Notes: generated by a model from the sequence alone, not told the origin. A stretch of DNA of 64,000 bases from Bacteroidia bacterium (GCA_965279035.1 OZ257142.1:1696001-1760000), one strand, 5' to 3'. Shown: positions 7,650 to 18,600, counted from the stretch's first letter. A program made the numbers and translations.

Positions 7650-9647
7650 TTAGTGTTTCACAATCATTTTTACGCTGCTGCTTTTTGAACCGGCAGTTAC
7701 GTTTACTAAATAAATTCCTGCTGGCAATTGATTAGTAGCAAGACTGATGCTGTGTTGACCAGCTGCAGCTTTTTGACTGCTCATGTTCAACACACGTTGA
7801 CCAAGCATATTCACTACATTGATTGTAACAGTTTCGTTGTTAATCAAGTCGAATTTCAATTGTGCAGTTTCATCCGAAGGATTCGGCATTAAAGCCAAAC
7901 CTTGGATTTCGCTTTTTACATCTTTAGTGCTTACAATATCGAAATCTTTTGTAACAGCCATGTAAATGATGTCGTTCGGAATATCGAAAGGGTGAAGCGC
8001 TGCATTGTCGATAGTAACAGCTGAACCAGGAGTATAATCGCGCTGATAAACAATGTGTAGGTTGTTGTCAACTTTACGAGCAATAGAAGCATATTGATAT
8101 TCTGCTAATTGATCAAAACCAGCAAGGTCATCACCAACGATGTCTTTGGGATCAGACCAAGTTGTACCACCATCGGTTGATTTTTGTAAGTAAATGTGTT
8201 TGAAAGAAGGACCAGTTCCTAAATAATAGTAATCAGGACCTTCGATGTATGCAGCATACGAAAGATACAATGTTCCATCTGCATCAATTCCTGCACTTGG
8301 GAAACTTGCCATTCCAGCACCATAAGGAACTGTCGTCGTATTATTGAAATAAAGTGAAATATCAATCAAGCTATCCCCATTGGTATCAGTAGAACCACCA
8401 ATCATTTGAGGAAGAGAATCTATAGCAAAATCTTCATTCCAATACATGATTCCATTTGCACCTGGATAGTAATTCACTTTGGCATCATTTGCAACATCGT
8501 TCGACATATAGCCAAATCCATAATACACATGAACTTTATCGTTATTGTCGATCACAATAGCAAATGAACCATCGCTCGTTTCAATACGTTCTAAATCATA
8601 AACATTATTCGCAGTATCAACTAGAAATGAATCCACAGCACCATCACCATTGAAATCGGTTAAGGTTGAATCATCCCATGGTTCATATGGAAAAGGAAGT
8701 ACTGTACGACTAGTCCAAGTTTCTCCATTATCAATAGATTTCCACATTTGAACGCGTGATGTTAAGTCTCCAGCTACAATAGCTACAGTACTACCTTTCA
8801 CATCCATGGCATATGAATCTCCACCAAAACTTCCAAAAATGGTAGAATCTACACCTGGTAAACGAACCATTAATTGATCGAAAGTAGCACCACCATCGGT
8901 TGAACGATTATACAACATACATCCATTAATACCGTGGTAAGGAGTTCCTGTAAATGTTCCACCTGTTGGCTCAGTAACACCAATTACATGGACAGTTTTT
9001 CCATCAGGACCGCCAGTACGCATACGTGGCCAAATTAAAGGCATGCTTGTTTCAGCGTTACTTATCCAGCTTTCGCTTGTAAGACTCACATTACGTGATA
9101 CCTGTAAAGCATTTGGTGAACCAGCTGCAGCAAGTGCTTGGTGCGATACAATGATGTCGCCAACACCTGTAACACGTGCTAATGAACCAAATCCGCAACG
9201 AACAGGCTCAACAGATGTAATATTCCCAGCATCATTATATGCAGGAAGTTTTGTCCAAGCAGAACCATCAAAATGGTGATAAGCCATTCCACGATCTGTC
9301 CAAGAGGTTGTTTGATTACTGAACGTCCAAATGGCCGATAAGGTACCATCACCATAATTTTCAATCCGGTAATTGATTGAATTATTGGTTTGTAGATCGT
9401 AAAGTGTTTGTCCAATACGTACTTCTGGTCCGAACGAACGCAGGGTACTGTTTGAAACTGTTGGATTTACCGTTTGTGCTGGAAAACTTGGTAATTCAGA
9501 TGTACGCAAATGATTGTGAATGGGGCGTGACAACTTAACGTTTTTAACTGCAGAACTTGGATGTCCAAAATGTCTGTTCTGTGCGAAAGAACCCGTTGAA
9601 GCCAAGATAGCAGCAGCTGATAATAGTGCGTATACAGTGTGTTTCAT
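7650..9647 (-). CDS. T9SS type A CTD protein with Asp-box (BNR) repeats
   Basis: Signal peptide from MKHTVY; Asp boxes RSTDGGATF, KSIDNGETW, KSTDGGTTW; CTD LMPNPS...GIYLVNV...KMIVKH. Confidence 0.85.
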   Translation of the reverse strand: MKHTVYALLSAAAILASTGSFAQNRHFGHPSSAVKNVKLSRPIHNHLRTSELPSFPAQTVNPTVSNSTLRSFGPEVRIGQTLYDLQTNNSINYRIENYGDGTLSAIWTFSNQTTSWTDRGMAYHHFDGSAWTKLPAYNDAGNITSVEPVRCGFGSLARVTGVGDIIVSHQALAAAGSPNALQVSRNVSLTSESWISNAETSMPLIWPRMRTGGPDGKTVHVIGVTEPTGGTFTGTPYHGINGCMLYNRSTDGGATFDQLMVRLPGVDSTIFGSFGGDSYAMDVKGSTVAIVAGDLTSRVQMWKSIDNGETWTSRTVLPFPYEPWDDSTLTDFNGDGAVDSFLVDTANNVYDLERIETSDGSFAIVIDNNDKVHVYYGFGYMSNDVANDAKVNYYPGANGIMYWNEDFAIDSLPQMIGGSTDTNGDSLIDISLYFNNTTTVPYGAGMASFPSAGIDADGTLYLSYAAYIEGPDYYYLGTGPSFKHIYLQKSTDGGTTWSDPKDIVGDDLAGFDQLAEYQYASIARKVDNNLHIVYQRDYTPGSAVTIDNAALHPFDIPNDIIYMAVTKDFDIVSTKDVKSEIQGLALMPNPSDETAQLKFDLINNETVTINVVNMLGQRVLNMSSQKAAAGQHSISLATNQLPAGIYLVNVTAGSKSSSVKMIVKH

Positions 9648-9744
9648 GTGTGATGTTTGTGTTAAAAAATCCTCAGAACGCAAATCTAACGAATTATCAA
9701 TTCGTTAAGCAATAGTTTCCTTAACATGTTAGGAATTACATTGT

Positions 9745-11721
9745 TTATTCTTCTTTTATTTTCCCGAGCATTTGCATCCATACAGCAAAGCTGATAAATT
9801 TAAAAATACGCCCAGTATCGGCTTCTCCAGTTGGATTGAACAGATTACTATAAGCTGAATGGATCTTTTTTACATTCAGAAATGGGGCGAGAACCTCGTT
9901 AAATTGTTCGCGAAAATGAGGGGCAATCCTACGAATCCATTCATTGTTTGGTGTAGTATACCCTTGTTTATCTACCCTGTTTTGAATCGAAATTGGAATG
10001 ACAGCCGACGAGGAATCGCGTAAAAGTGCTTTTAATCGTGCCCCATGCATTTTATAAACTGCCGGAACAGAAAACAAATATTCAATTAAGGGAATATCAT
10101 CGGCAAATGGCGTTCTTGATTCTACTCCATGCCACATTGCACATCGATCTTCACATTTCAAATAGCCTTTGAGTGACGTGTTTTGCATTTCATGGGCTAA
10201 TCGACTATTGAGATCTTTTGTATTCCTGTTTTTTTGAAGATCAAATCGACTTATTTCCTGATTGAAAAAAGAATCATTTAGATACTGATTTTCAGAAAAC
10301 CAATTTTTATAGAATGAACTTCCAAGTGTAGATGGGATTTGAAAAACATAGTCATAGCGTGCTTGTTGATGAAAATGAAAACGTAGATTTTTCTTCAATC
10401 CTTCGCCCTGCTTCATTTCACGAATCATCGCATTCATTGGTAATCCTTTCCAATAAAACGAACGATGTGGTTCATATCCTCCGAAAATCTCATCTCCACC
10501 CTGTCCATCCAAAACCACTTTAATTCCACTCTCCTTTACGCTTTGCATCACCTTGAATTGCGCATACGTGCTGGTCGACCAAATTGGAATATCCTGACAT
10601 TTACTCAAGGTTTCCAATTCACTTATAAGCATTTCGGGTTGGGGCGAAACCTCATGATGGATGGCATGTGTACTTTGAGCCATAATCTTAGCCCAATGGC
10701 TTTCGTCAACTTTCGATTCTGGAAAAATGGCTGTATACACATGAAGTGGCAAGTCATTTCCCAAATGCTTTCGCATCCATCCTACAATAGCTGAAGAATC
10801 AAGTCCTCCGCTTAAACACGAACCAACAGGAACATCGGCACGAAGTCGCAAACGGATGGCATCACTCAGTAAATCTTGAATTCGACTTACATGTAGATCA
10901 TGTGTTGATTTCTCCCAAACAGCTTTTTCATGATTTACTGGAAGATGATACCAGGCTTTCGTTTTTACATGTTTATTTTGAAGAGAATAATTGAGAGAAT
11001 GTCCGGCAGGTAGTTCAATAATTTCATCGAAAAATCCCTGTGGATGATATTCTATTTGGCTGAAAACAAAATAATCGAAAACCGCATCTGGATTCACTTT
11101 AACTGGCATCCAAGGCAAACACAAGAGGGCCTTTTGTTCCGATGCAAAAGCAAATTTTCCTACAAACGTTGAATAGTAAAATGGCTTCACTCCAAATCGA
11201 TCACGCGAAGCGAAAAGCTGTTGACGTTGTGTATCATAAATACAAAAGGCCCACATCCCATTGAAGCGTTGTAGACATTCTTCACCCCAATGAAGATAAG
11301 CTTGTAGGATGACTTCGGTATCGCTTTGAGTGATGAAAACGATTCCTTGATTTTGAAGTTGTTCCCGAATTTCGATGTAGTTATATAGCTCTCCGTTATA
11401 TGTTATCCAATAACGCAAATCGGCACTGCACATGGGTTGATGTCCGGTTGCCGCTAGATCAATGATGGAAAGACGACGATGAGCAAAACCACCAACAACA
11501 TTTTCAGGAAGATGATTTTCACGATTGGATGGACTCCAAGGCAAGGATTGTCCAATGCAATTCTCTGTTGTTTGGCTGGACGCAATCGGAACAGCAATAT
11601 TTTGCGAGAAATACACAAAGCCTTCCCCATCGGGACCGCGATGCGCAATTTTCCGACTCATCTTTATCAGATCATCAGGAGAAATTCCTTGAGGTGAAAA
11701 TATTCCTGCAATTCCGCACAT
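9745..11721 (-). CDS. asnB: Asparagine synthase (glutamine-hydrolysing)-family amidotransferase
   Basis: N-terminal MCGIAG, HRGPD, HRRLSIID, NGELYN, RDRFGVKP, LSGGLDSS, DGQGGDE. The context suggests polysaccharide amidation. Confidence 0.92.
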   Translation of the reverse strand: MCGIAGIFSPQGISPDDLIKMSRKIAHRGPDGEGFVYFSQNIAVPIASSQTTENCIGQSLPWSPSNRENHLPENVVGGFAHRRLSIIDLAATGHQPMCSADLRYWITYNGELYNYIEIREQLQNQGIVFITQSDTEVILQAYLHWGEECLQRFNGMWAFCIYDTQRQQLFASRDRFGVKPFYYSTFVGKFAFASEQKALLCLPWMPVKVNPDAVFDYFVFSQIEYHPQGFFDEIIELPAGHSLNYSLQNKHVKTKAWYHLPVNHEKAVWEKSTHDLHVSRIQDLLSDAIRLRLRADVPVGSCLSGGLDSSAIVGWMRKHLGNDLPLHVYTAIFPESKVDESHWAKIMAQSTHAIHHEVSPQPEMLISELETLSKCQDIPIWSTSTYAQFKVMQSVKESGIKVVLDGQGGDEIFGGYEPHRSFYWKGLPMNAMIREMKQGEGLKKNLRFHFHQQARYDYVFQIPSTLGSSFYKNWFSENQYLNDSFFNQEISRFDLQKNRNTKDLNSRLAHEMQNTSLKGYLKCEDRCAMWHGVESRTPFADDIPLIEYLFSVPAVYKMHGARLKALLRDSSSAVIPISIQNRVDKQGYTTPNNEWIRRIAPHFREQFNEVLAPFLNVKKIHSAYSNLFNPTGEADTGRIFKFISFAVWMQMLGKIKEE

Positions 11722-12536
11722 TAGGAGTTGATTCGCTCAAGGGTGATTCGAAAATTGGATGTTGGTTTTCGAGGATAATGACGAATACCGCTTTTTATTT
11801 CAAAAGGAAGATAGGTAGCGCACAACGTATTGGAAATGGCAAAAAGATCTTTCCTTTTTTCTTTAGGACAACCTTCGAGTATTGCATGCGCCACATTCCA
11901 ACGGATGTTTTCAGGTGAATTTCCGTAATCATGCCAAACGATTATTCCACCAGGACGAATGAGCTGAAACGCTGTTTGGGTGTCTTTTACAACACTATCG
12001 TAGTGATGATCACCATCTACAAAAACCAAATCCATTTTACCTCGATACGATGTGAAATCAAATTCACGTGAATCGCCATGAAGATGAGTAATGTTGGGAT
12101 GAAGTTTCGAATAATGACCGTGCAGTTGAATGTAATCTTCGGCCCATCCGCGTATGCGCATTTGTTCTGTACTCAAATTCAGAGTAAAGCAATTTTTCAC
12201 CAAGGGCGCTACATTGCTCACACTTTCGCCTCGCCATGTTCCAATTTCGAAATAGGATTCAGCCTTGATTTTCTTTGCTAAAATGCGAAGTAAAGCCAAA
12301 TCGGTAGGAAGCGAACCACCATCTAAAAAAGCAAAAGGTTGAATTTCTTCTTTCTCTTCCGACCAAAGCTGAAAAAAATCGATTTCTTTCAAACCATCTT
12401 TTAAACCCAAAACCGACTTGACTTCCTTTTCGTGAAGATCTTCTTCGTCGAGCAAATGATTGATTAAAGCCGGGTTTTTCAGAAGAAGAAAAAGTCCTCG
12501 CGAGAATTTTGAAAGTTTACGGGGTATTGATGCCAT
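11721..12536 (-). CDS. Class I SAM-dependent methyltransferase (Methyltransf_24-like)
   Basis: FEIGTWRGES, GDS, DLVFVDGDHHY, PGGIIVWHDY. Confidence 0.85.
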   Translation of the reverse strand: MASIPRKLSKFSRGLFLLLKNPALINHLLDEEDLHEKEVKSVLGLKDGLKEIDFFQLWSEEKEEIQPFAFLDGGSLPTDLALLRILAKKIKAESYFEIGTWRGESVSNVAPLVKNCFTLNLSTEQMRIRGWAEDYIQLHGHYSKLHPNITHLHGDSREFDFTSYRGKMDLVFVDGDHHYDSVVKDTQTAFQLIRPGGIIVWHDYGNSPENIRWNVAHAILEGCPKEKRKDLFAISNTLCATYLPFEIKSGIRHYPRKPTSNFRITLERINS

Positions 12537-12539
12537 GTT

Positions 12540-13799
12540 TCAGCGGACTTTGCTGCGAAGCTTTTGAAGTAGCAAGCCAAAGTCGGAAAATTTTGGCCAG
12601 AGCTCGTTCAATGCAACGCCGCTGTCGGATTTAAAGAGCCAAATAACGGAAAAAAATGTCGCCATATTCGAAAAGGTGGTGACCAAAGCCGCTTGATGTT
12701 CGTTGATATTTTGGTCTTGCAAAAAACGTATGCATAGAAATCCTATTAGCGTAACCGACAATCCTGTAGCAATAGCGTAATTGTTTTTCTTGAATTGTCC
12801 AGTGCCCGAAAAGTAATGTCCCAAGATTAAATAACCGCTAATAAATACAACCCCGGGCATGAGATAATAGAGGTTTTCCTTCACAGGAAGAAAAGCATCT
12901 CCGAACAGCATCCCGAAAAAAGAAGCGGGCAAAATGCAAATGAAAATTCCTGCAGCAGTTGTTACTAAAATACTTGCTCGAAACAAGGGAACGGTGAGTT
13001 CGATGGCTTTGGCTTTATCATTCGAATTAGCAATAGTTCCATATTGGATTGTTGCAATTGATGTAGCTAACATCCACATGGCTTCGGCAAGAGAAACTGC
13101 ATTGGAGTAAATTCCTAAAGCAAAGGCAGGTAAAAGAAAATAGGCAATGCGTTGATTGCTAAATTGCAGCATGTGTCCAAACTGGTTAGCAGAAGAGAAT
13201 TTCAGTAATGCTTTCAAGCTTTTCTTGAACGATACATGTTCTCCCACTTTAGGCAAACGTAAAAGCAGTATTAAGGAAATGATCCATGCAGGCAGCCATC
13301 CCGAATAGAGCGCATACATATAATGTATCGGTTTTGGATTCCACCAGATATAAGCAGCAAGTGTACTCACCGTAAGGATTGCAGTGAAAAAATTGAGCAT
13401 ATTAACCAACTTAAATTGCTCACGCCCATTAAGTAAGTGAAGCTGTTGGTTCATACTGGCATTTAGAAATGAAAGTCCTGCAATGTGCCAACCATAAAAT
13501 TCAAAAAGATCGGGACGAATCCACCAAACAACAACTGGTGCTAGAAGGCTCCATGCTGCAGTCCAAATCCAAGAGGGGAGAAGGAGATTGTGCAATCGGT
13601 AACGTGGAGAAAGATATACCATGGCAGCGCCGCCCATAAAATCGCAAATGAGTTGCACGCTTGTTACGATAACTAAAATTAAAGTGGCAATCCCTTTTCC
13701 TTCAGGTCCGAGTTTTCGGGAGAGTAATATGATTGTACCGAAGTTGACAACCGCTGTAGCAAGTCGGCTCACAAAGGTGAACAACATCAGTCGTAACAT
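12540..13799 (-). CDS. Polysaccharide flippase (Wzx/MATE-like)
   Basis: About 12 TM segments, LSRKLGPEGKG, LGIYSNAVSLAE; sits in a glycosyl cluster. Confidence 0.8.
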   Translation of the reverse strand: MLRLMLFTFVSRLATAVVNFGTIILLSRKLGPEGKGIATLILVIVTSVQLICDFMGGAAMVYLSPRYRLHNLLLPSWIWTAAWSLLAPVVVWWIRPDLFEFYGWHIAGLSFLNASMNQQLHLLNGREQFKLVNMLNFFTAILTVSTLAAYIWWNPKPIHYMYALYSGWLPAWIISLILLLRLPKVGEHVSFKKSLKALLKFSSANQFGHMLQFSNQRIAYFLLPAFALGIYSNAVSLAEAMWMLATSIATIQYGTIANSNDKAKAIELTVPLFRASILVTTAAGIFICILPASFFGMLFGDAFLPVKENLYYLMPGVVFISGYLILGHYFSGTGQFKKNNYAIATGLSVTLIGFLCIRFLQDQNINEHQAALVTTFSNMATFFSVIWLFKSDSGVALNELWPKFSDFGLLLQKLRSKVR

Positions 13800-14983
13800 C
13801 AGGCAAGATTCTTTCGGTAAATTTCGTCTAATTTTTTAGAAATGGCTTCCGGGCTAAACTTAGATACCGCATAAAGATGAAGCGATGAAGAATCAAAGCT
13901 TCGTGCTCTACCGTAAAAATCGAGCAAGGCTTTTTTCAAACCGTTCTCTTCTTTTGGATTGAAAAGAATTCCTCGGGTTTCATCAATGATTTCAGGAATT
14001 CCACCTATTACAGGTGCAATTACAGGTATTCCACTTGACAATGCTTCAAGCATCACTACCGGTTGGTTTTCGTAGCGACTGTTTAGAATGAGTGCATCCG
14101 ATTTTTGAATTTCGGCGAGTAGCTCTTCTCCTTGAAGTTTTCCTTTGAATTCAACACCACGAAAGGTTAAGCCGAGTTCGTTTGATAGTCGTTTGATTGC
14201 CGATTCATCATTTCCTCCACCAACAATTACCAATTCGTAATTCGGTGCTTCTCTCAGAATTGATTGAAAAACACGAAGGATCCCACTTACATTTTTTTGA
14301 GCATCGTCGAGAGAAGAAATATGAATGAGGCGAATTTTTTCTGATCGCGATTCTCCTGGGACAAAAAATGCAGTATCAACCACATTCGGAACAACAGTGT
14401 ATTTTCCTTTTAAGCCTTTTGCTTCCATTGCTTTTTGAAGCTGTTCGCTAACAGGAGCAACAAAAGCAGCTCGACGAATCGTTTTCCTCGTTACACGTTT
14501 TAAAAGCGATCCAGTATAACGACCGTCTTCGGGTTGATAGCCGGTCCAATGTTCGGTAACACCAAAGGGGATTTTTAATTTTTTGCTGAAAAGTCGGGCA
14601 ATTTTACCCAATGGCCAAGGCACGTTGAGGTGAATGATATCGGGTTTGCCGTTCCATTCGATCACTTTTTCTAAACCGAAAAGATAGTGTTTACGAATCT
14701 GTTTCCAGTTTTTCCAACGTCGTATGAAGTTGTTTCCACCTTCGGCACGACCATACGAAACGATGAATTCGTGCAGGTTGCCTTCAACCTTTTTGTCGAA
14801 GCGAAATTCCCCTTCTTTCAAATCAGAATCGGCGATAGCATGAAGTACTGTGACTTTATTTTTGAGTGCCACAGCTTGAGCATGCCTATGAATAAAAATT
14901 CCTAGGGTTGTTTCTTTCCTGTTGGGATACCAAGAAGCAAGAAAAAGTACATGTATGGGAGTTTCTCCGTTCAAAGCACACAA
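13799..14983 (-). CDS. Glycosyltransferase family 4
   Basis: SWYP, TEHW, VVPNVVD, SRYENQPVVMLEALSSGIPVI (EX7E). Confidence 0.9.
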   Translation of the reverse strand: MCALNGETPIHVLFLASWYPNRKETTLGIFIHRHAQAVALKNKVTVLHAIADSDLKEGEFRFDKKVEGNLHEFIVSYGRAEGGNNFIRRWKNWKQIRKHYLFGLEKVIEWNGKPDIIHLNVPWPLGKIARLFSKKLKIPFGVTEHWTGYQPEDGRYTGSLLKRVTRKTIRRAAFVAPVSEQLQKAMEAKGLKGKYTVVPNVVDTAFFVPGESRSEKIRLIHISSLDDAQKNVSGILRVFQSILREAPNYELVIVGGGNDESAIKRLSNELGLTFRGVEFKGKLQGEELLAEIQKSDALILNSRYENQPVVMLEALSSGIPVIAPVIGGIPEIIDETRGILFNPKEENGLKKALLDFYGRARSFDSSSLHLYAVSKFSPEAISKKLDEIYRKNLA

Positions 14984-14997
14984 ATTCGTCGCTCAAA

Positions 14998-17130
14998 TTA
15001 CGAATTATTCAACCGGCGATACTGAAGTAAGATTGAATTACCAATTACGACCACATCCGAAAAAGCCATCGAAAATGCGGCAATCATTGGTTGAAGGAAT
15101 CCTGCAGCAGCGACCGGGATCGCGATAGTATTGTAGAAAAATGCCCAAAAGAGATTTTGGTGTATCGTACGCAAGGTGGTTCTACTAAGTTTCACTGCTT
15201 GAGGAAGTCCTTCAAGAGATTGTTTTTGAAGTAAAACAACATGTGCCGAATTCAAAGCTACTTTGCTGGCTTCGCCAAATGAAATACCGACGCTTGCTAA
15301 GTTCAATGCAGGAGCATCATTAATTCCATCGCCTAACATGGCAGCCGCTTCCTTGCTATTGATATTGGCAATTATAGTTAATTTATTTTCGGGTGATTGT
15401 TCGCTATACACTTCTGTAATGCCAAGTAATTCGGCGACTTGCTTGCATTTTCGATCCGAATCACCACTGAGCATAACAGGTTTAATTCCCATGCTTTTTA
15501 AGGAATCGATCGCTTCTTTTGCCCCCGTTTTTAATTCATCCACCAAGCGAATGGCTGCGATACATTGTCCATTTTCGAGCAAGAAAAGATCGTATTGATT
15601 TGCCAATTCTTTATCCTGTATGAGTCTTTTCGAACCCAATTCTATTTTGCTCCCATTTTTAGCTAGTGCTCGAATACCAAGTCCTTTGGTTTCTTCCACT
15701 TGTGTAATGGTAATTTTGGGAGAAGCAATCAGATTTTTAACAAGCGATTTGGAGATCGGATGCGATGAATTTTCAGCCATCGAACGAACGATGGATTTTA
15801 CATATGATTCGTCGGAATGTAGAAATACATCAATGGCTTCAATAGTAAAATCACCAGTCGTTAAAGTGCCCGTTTTATCGAACACCATTACCTTGATTTT
15901 TGCGAGGTTTTCGATAGCAGCTCCATTCAAAAAGAGTATTCCCATCTTAGCTGCTCGACCAATTCCTGCCATCACAGCCGTTGGCGTTGCAAGTCCCATA
16001 GCACATGGACAAGAAATAACCAATACAGCAATGGCTCTAAGTAAACTTTCGCGCATGGTATTTTCAAGAGCTACGAAAGAAACCAGCCAAGTAATGAGTG
16101 CAATGGCAATCACAATGGGTACAAACACGGCACTCACTTGATCACCTAAACGTTGAACGGGTGGTTTGCTTGTTTGAGCTTTTTTCACCATTTCGACAAT
16201 TCCGGCTAGCACACTTTCCTTACCGGTTTTTACTGCCCGCATTCTGAAGATACCTTTTTCGTTGATGGTTCCACCGGTTACTTCATCACCAACAATTTTT
16301 TCAACGGGCATACTTTCGCCGGTTATCAAACCTTCATTTACGAATCCATTCCCTTCAACTAAAACACCATCAGCCGGAATTCGATCTCCATAATTTACGA
16401 GTAATAAATCACCGGGTACGATGAGTCGAGCAGGGATTTCTTCTATGTGCGTATGATGATCATGATCGCTTATACGTCGTGCTGTTTCTGGTTGTAAGGC
16501 AGCTAATTCCTTCAGTGCATTTCCGGTTTGCTTAACCGAACGTTGCTCTATCACATTACCTAATAACACCAAAGTGATAATACTTGCAGCCGTTTCGAAG
16601 AACAAATAGTCGCTCGGATTGGATAATCCAGCACCAAAAATACTTCCCCAAATACTATAGATAAATGCGGATGTGGAACCAATGGTAATCAACACATCCA
16701 TATTAGGAATGCCCGTTTTAAGTGAGTTCCAGGCACTTTTTCCAAAATAGCTCCAGCCAATCAACATCACGGGGAGACATAAACCCAGTTGCACGTATGG
16801 CATATGTAGAATATGCCAAGAAAACAGCATATGAGCCAGCAGGGGCAAGGTAAATATGGCTGAAATTATGAGCCGCTTCTCGGTAGAATTTAAACCGGTA
16901 GGAGGAGGTGTTTCGGGCTCAATGATATGATATCCTAGACTTTCAATGTCTTTTTTTACTGCATTGATTTCGTATTGATCAAGCTGAGTGAAACTTACTT
17001 CACCTATCGCAAAACTTACTTCTGCGTCTTTTAATCCTTTGTTTCTTAATAGATTCTGAATTCCCTGAGCGCAGTTGGCGCATGTCATTCCTTCAACTTG
17101 GAGTGTACGATGTGCGCCTTTGCTTTCCAT
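14998..17130 (-). CDS. copA: Cu(I)-type heavy-metal P1B-ATPase
   Basis: HMA motif GMTCANC, TGES, CPC, DKTGT, HP, GDGINDAP, YN in the TM region. Confidence 0.88.
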   Translation of the reverse strand: MESKGAHRTLQVEGMTCANCAQGIQNLLRNKGLKDAEVSFAIGEVSFTQLDQYEINAVKKDIESLGYHIIEPETPPPTGLNSTEKRLIISAIFTLPLLAHMLFSWHILHMPYVQLGLCLPVMLIGWSYFGKSAWNSLKTGIPNMDVLITIGSTSAFIYSIWGSIFGAGLSNPSDYLFFETAASIITLVLLGNVIEQRSVKQTGNALKELAALQPETARRISDHDHHTHIEEIPARLIVPGDLLLVNYGDRIPADGVLVEGNGFVNEGLITGESMPVEKIVGDEVTGGTINEKGIFRMRAVKTGKESVLAGIVEMVKKAQTSKPPVQRLGDQVSAVFVPIVIAIALITWLVSFVALENTMRESLLRAIAVLVISCPCAMGLATPTAVMAGIGRAAKMGILFLNGAAIENLAKIKVMVFDKTGTLTTGDFTIEAIDVFLHSDESYVKSIVRSMAENSSHPISKSLVKNLIASPKITITQVEETKGLGIRALAKNGSKIELGSKRLIQDKELANQYDLFLLENGQCIAAIRLVDELKTGAKEAIDSLKSMGIKPVMLSGDSDRKCKQVAELLGITEVYSEQSPENKLTIIANINSKEAAAMLGDGINDAPALNLASVGISFGEASKVALNSAHVVLLQKQSLEGLPQAVKLSRTTLRTIHQNLFWAFFYNTIAIPVAAAGFLQPMIAAFSMAFSDVVVIGNSILLQYRRLNNS

Positions 17131-17131
17131 T

Positions 17132-18442
17132 TCAGTCGAGTGTTAAGGATTCCCTATCAATGACCTCTAATTTAACAGATTCTACGCTATGTTTGAAGCG
17201 TTTTAATATGGTGATTTGATATCCTCCAAACTGTTTCTTTTCATTCACCGCCGGAATTCCATCAAACAATTTATTCACTAAACCAGATACCGTTTCATAG
17301 TCAGGGCCTTCTTCCAAAGCAATGGGAAGTAAATCATTTACATCGCTTATAGATGAAGTAGCATTCACTATATATTCTGTTTCGCTCTTCTTTTCAACTG
17401 CTGGTTTTTCCTCGTCATATTCATCCTGAATTTCACCAACCAGCTCTTCTATAATATCCTCCATTGTTACGATTCCCTCAGTTCCTCCAAATTCATTTGT
17501 CACAATAGCCATTTGAATATGCTGACGTTGAAGTTCGCGTAAAAGATCATTTACAAATTTACCTAGTGGAACATAAAACGCAGGACGCAGCAAGGTGTTC
17601 AAATCAATAGGCTTTTTGAGTCGAATATGCCGGATAAGGTCTTTCGAATGGATGATTCCAATGATATTATCGATTGAATCTTTGTAAACAGGCATTCTCG
17701 AATAACCTTCTTCTACTACTTTATCGATGATCATTTCCACATCATCATCAATATCGATAGCGACCACACGCGTTCGAGGAACATAAATCTGTTTCACCAT
17801 GCGATCGTCGAACTCAAAAACGTTTTGAATCAGTTCGTGTTCCGATTGCTTGATAGCTCCACCTTCTTCACTTTCGGTGAGTATCATTCGAAGTTCTTCT
17901 TCTGTGTGGATATCGGTATGATCTCCAGATGAAAGTCCGAACATACGTAATGTTAAATGTGACATTCCGTTTAAAGCCCAGATGAATGGTCGAAATACGA
18001 TGTAAAAAATTCGCATTGGCAATGCCACAAACAGCGTTGCTTGCATCGGATTTCGTATGGCAGCAGTTTTAGGAACTTGTTCGCCTAATACAATATGTAA
18101 TACAGTAATGAGAGTGAAAGCTATAGGAATGGCAATCGAGTGGGCAGTAATTGAATCCGGTATGTACCCTATTTTTCCAAAAATAGCTAAGACTAAATTT
18201 GCAACTACGCGTTCACCAATCCACCCCAATCCAAGACTAGCGAGCGTAATTCCCAACTGAGAAGCACTCAAATAGGCATCAAGGTTTGAAACAATGTGCT
18301 TAGCAAATTTGGCGAAACTATTTCCGGAGGCAACTTTAATATCAATTTGTGATTGACGCACTTTAACAATAGCGAACTCAGCTCCTACAAAGAAACCATT
18401 GAGCACAACCAATAAAAGCGTCACAAGTAGATCAGCAATCAT
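17132..18442 (-). CDS. Hemolysin/CorC family (DUF21-CBS-CorC) transporter
   Basis: NGFFVGAEFA, QLGITLASL, GEQVPK, YSRMPVY, EDIIEELVGEIQDEYD. Confidence 0.92.
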   Translation of the reverse strand: MIADLLVTLLLVVLNGFFVGAEFAIVKVRQSQIDIKVASGNSFAKFAKHIVSNLDAYLSASQLGITLASLGLGWIGERVVANLVLAIFGKIGYIPDSITAHSIAIPIAFTLITVLHIVLGEQVPKTAAIRNPMQATLFVALPMRIFYIVFRPFIWALNGMSHLTLRMFGLSSGDHTDIHTEEELRMILTESEEGGAIKQSEHELIQNVFEFDDRMVKQIYVPRTRVVAIDIDDDVEMIIDKVVEEGYSRMPVYKDSIDNIIGIIHSKDLIRHIRLKKPIDLNTLLRPAFYVPLGKFVNDLLRELQRQHIQMAIVTNEFGGTEGIVTMEDIIEELVGEIQDEYDEEKPAVEKKSETEYIVNATSSISDVNDLLPIALEEGPDYETVSGLVNKLFDGIPAVNEKKQFGGYQITILKRFKHSVESVKLEVIDRESLTLD

Positions 18443-18600
18443 AGGTCAAATTGGAATGGAAACGCGAAATAGAATTCAGCAAAAAATCCTGATAAGAGGA
18501 TGAAATAGACAATGAAATGCTTGTCTGTGAGCGGATTTGTTCAGATAAACCGCACAATCGGCTTTTAGGGGGAGGTTGGTCCAACGTTTTTTCTTAATGG

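Noticed and set aside
9718-9735. Near-palindrome TCCTTAACATGTTAGGAA upstream of the Asp-box T9SS gene as a shared operator (weak echo near 35241)
   Set aside because: The other occurrences are too degenerate to separate from chance in AT-rich DNA.
15263-16141. Long antisense ORFs opposite copA (and similar ones opposite the ABC permeases, ppiD, the 1486-aa gene and the ABC exporters)
   Set aside because: They lie fully antisense to well-supported genes and show no recognisable motifs; typical reverse-frame artefacts.
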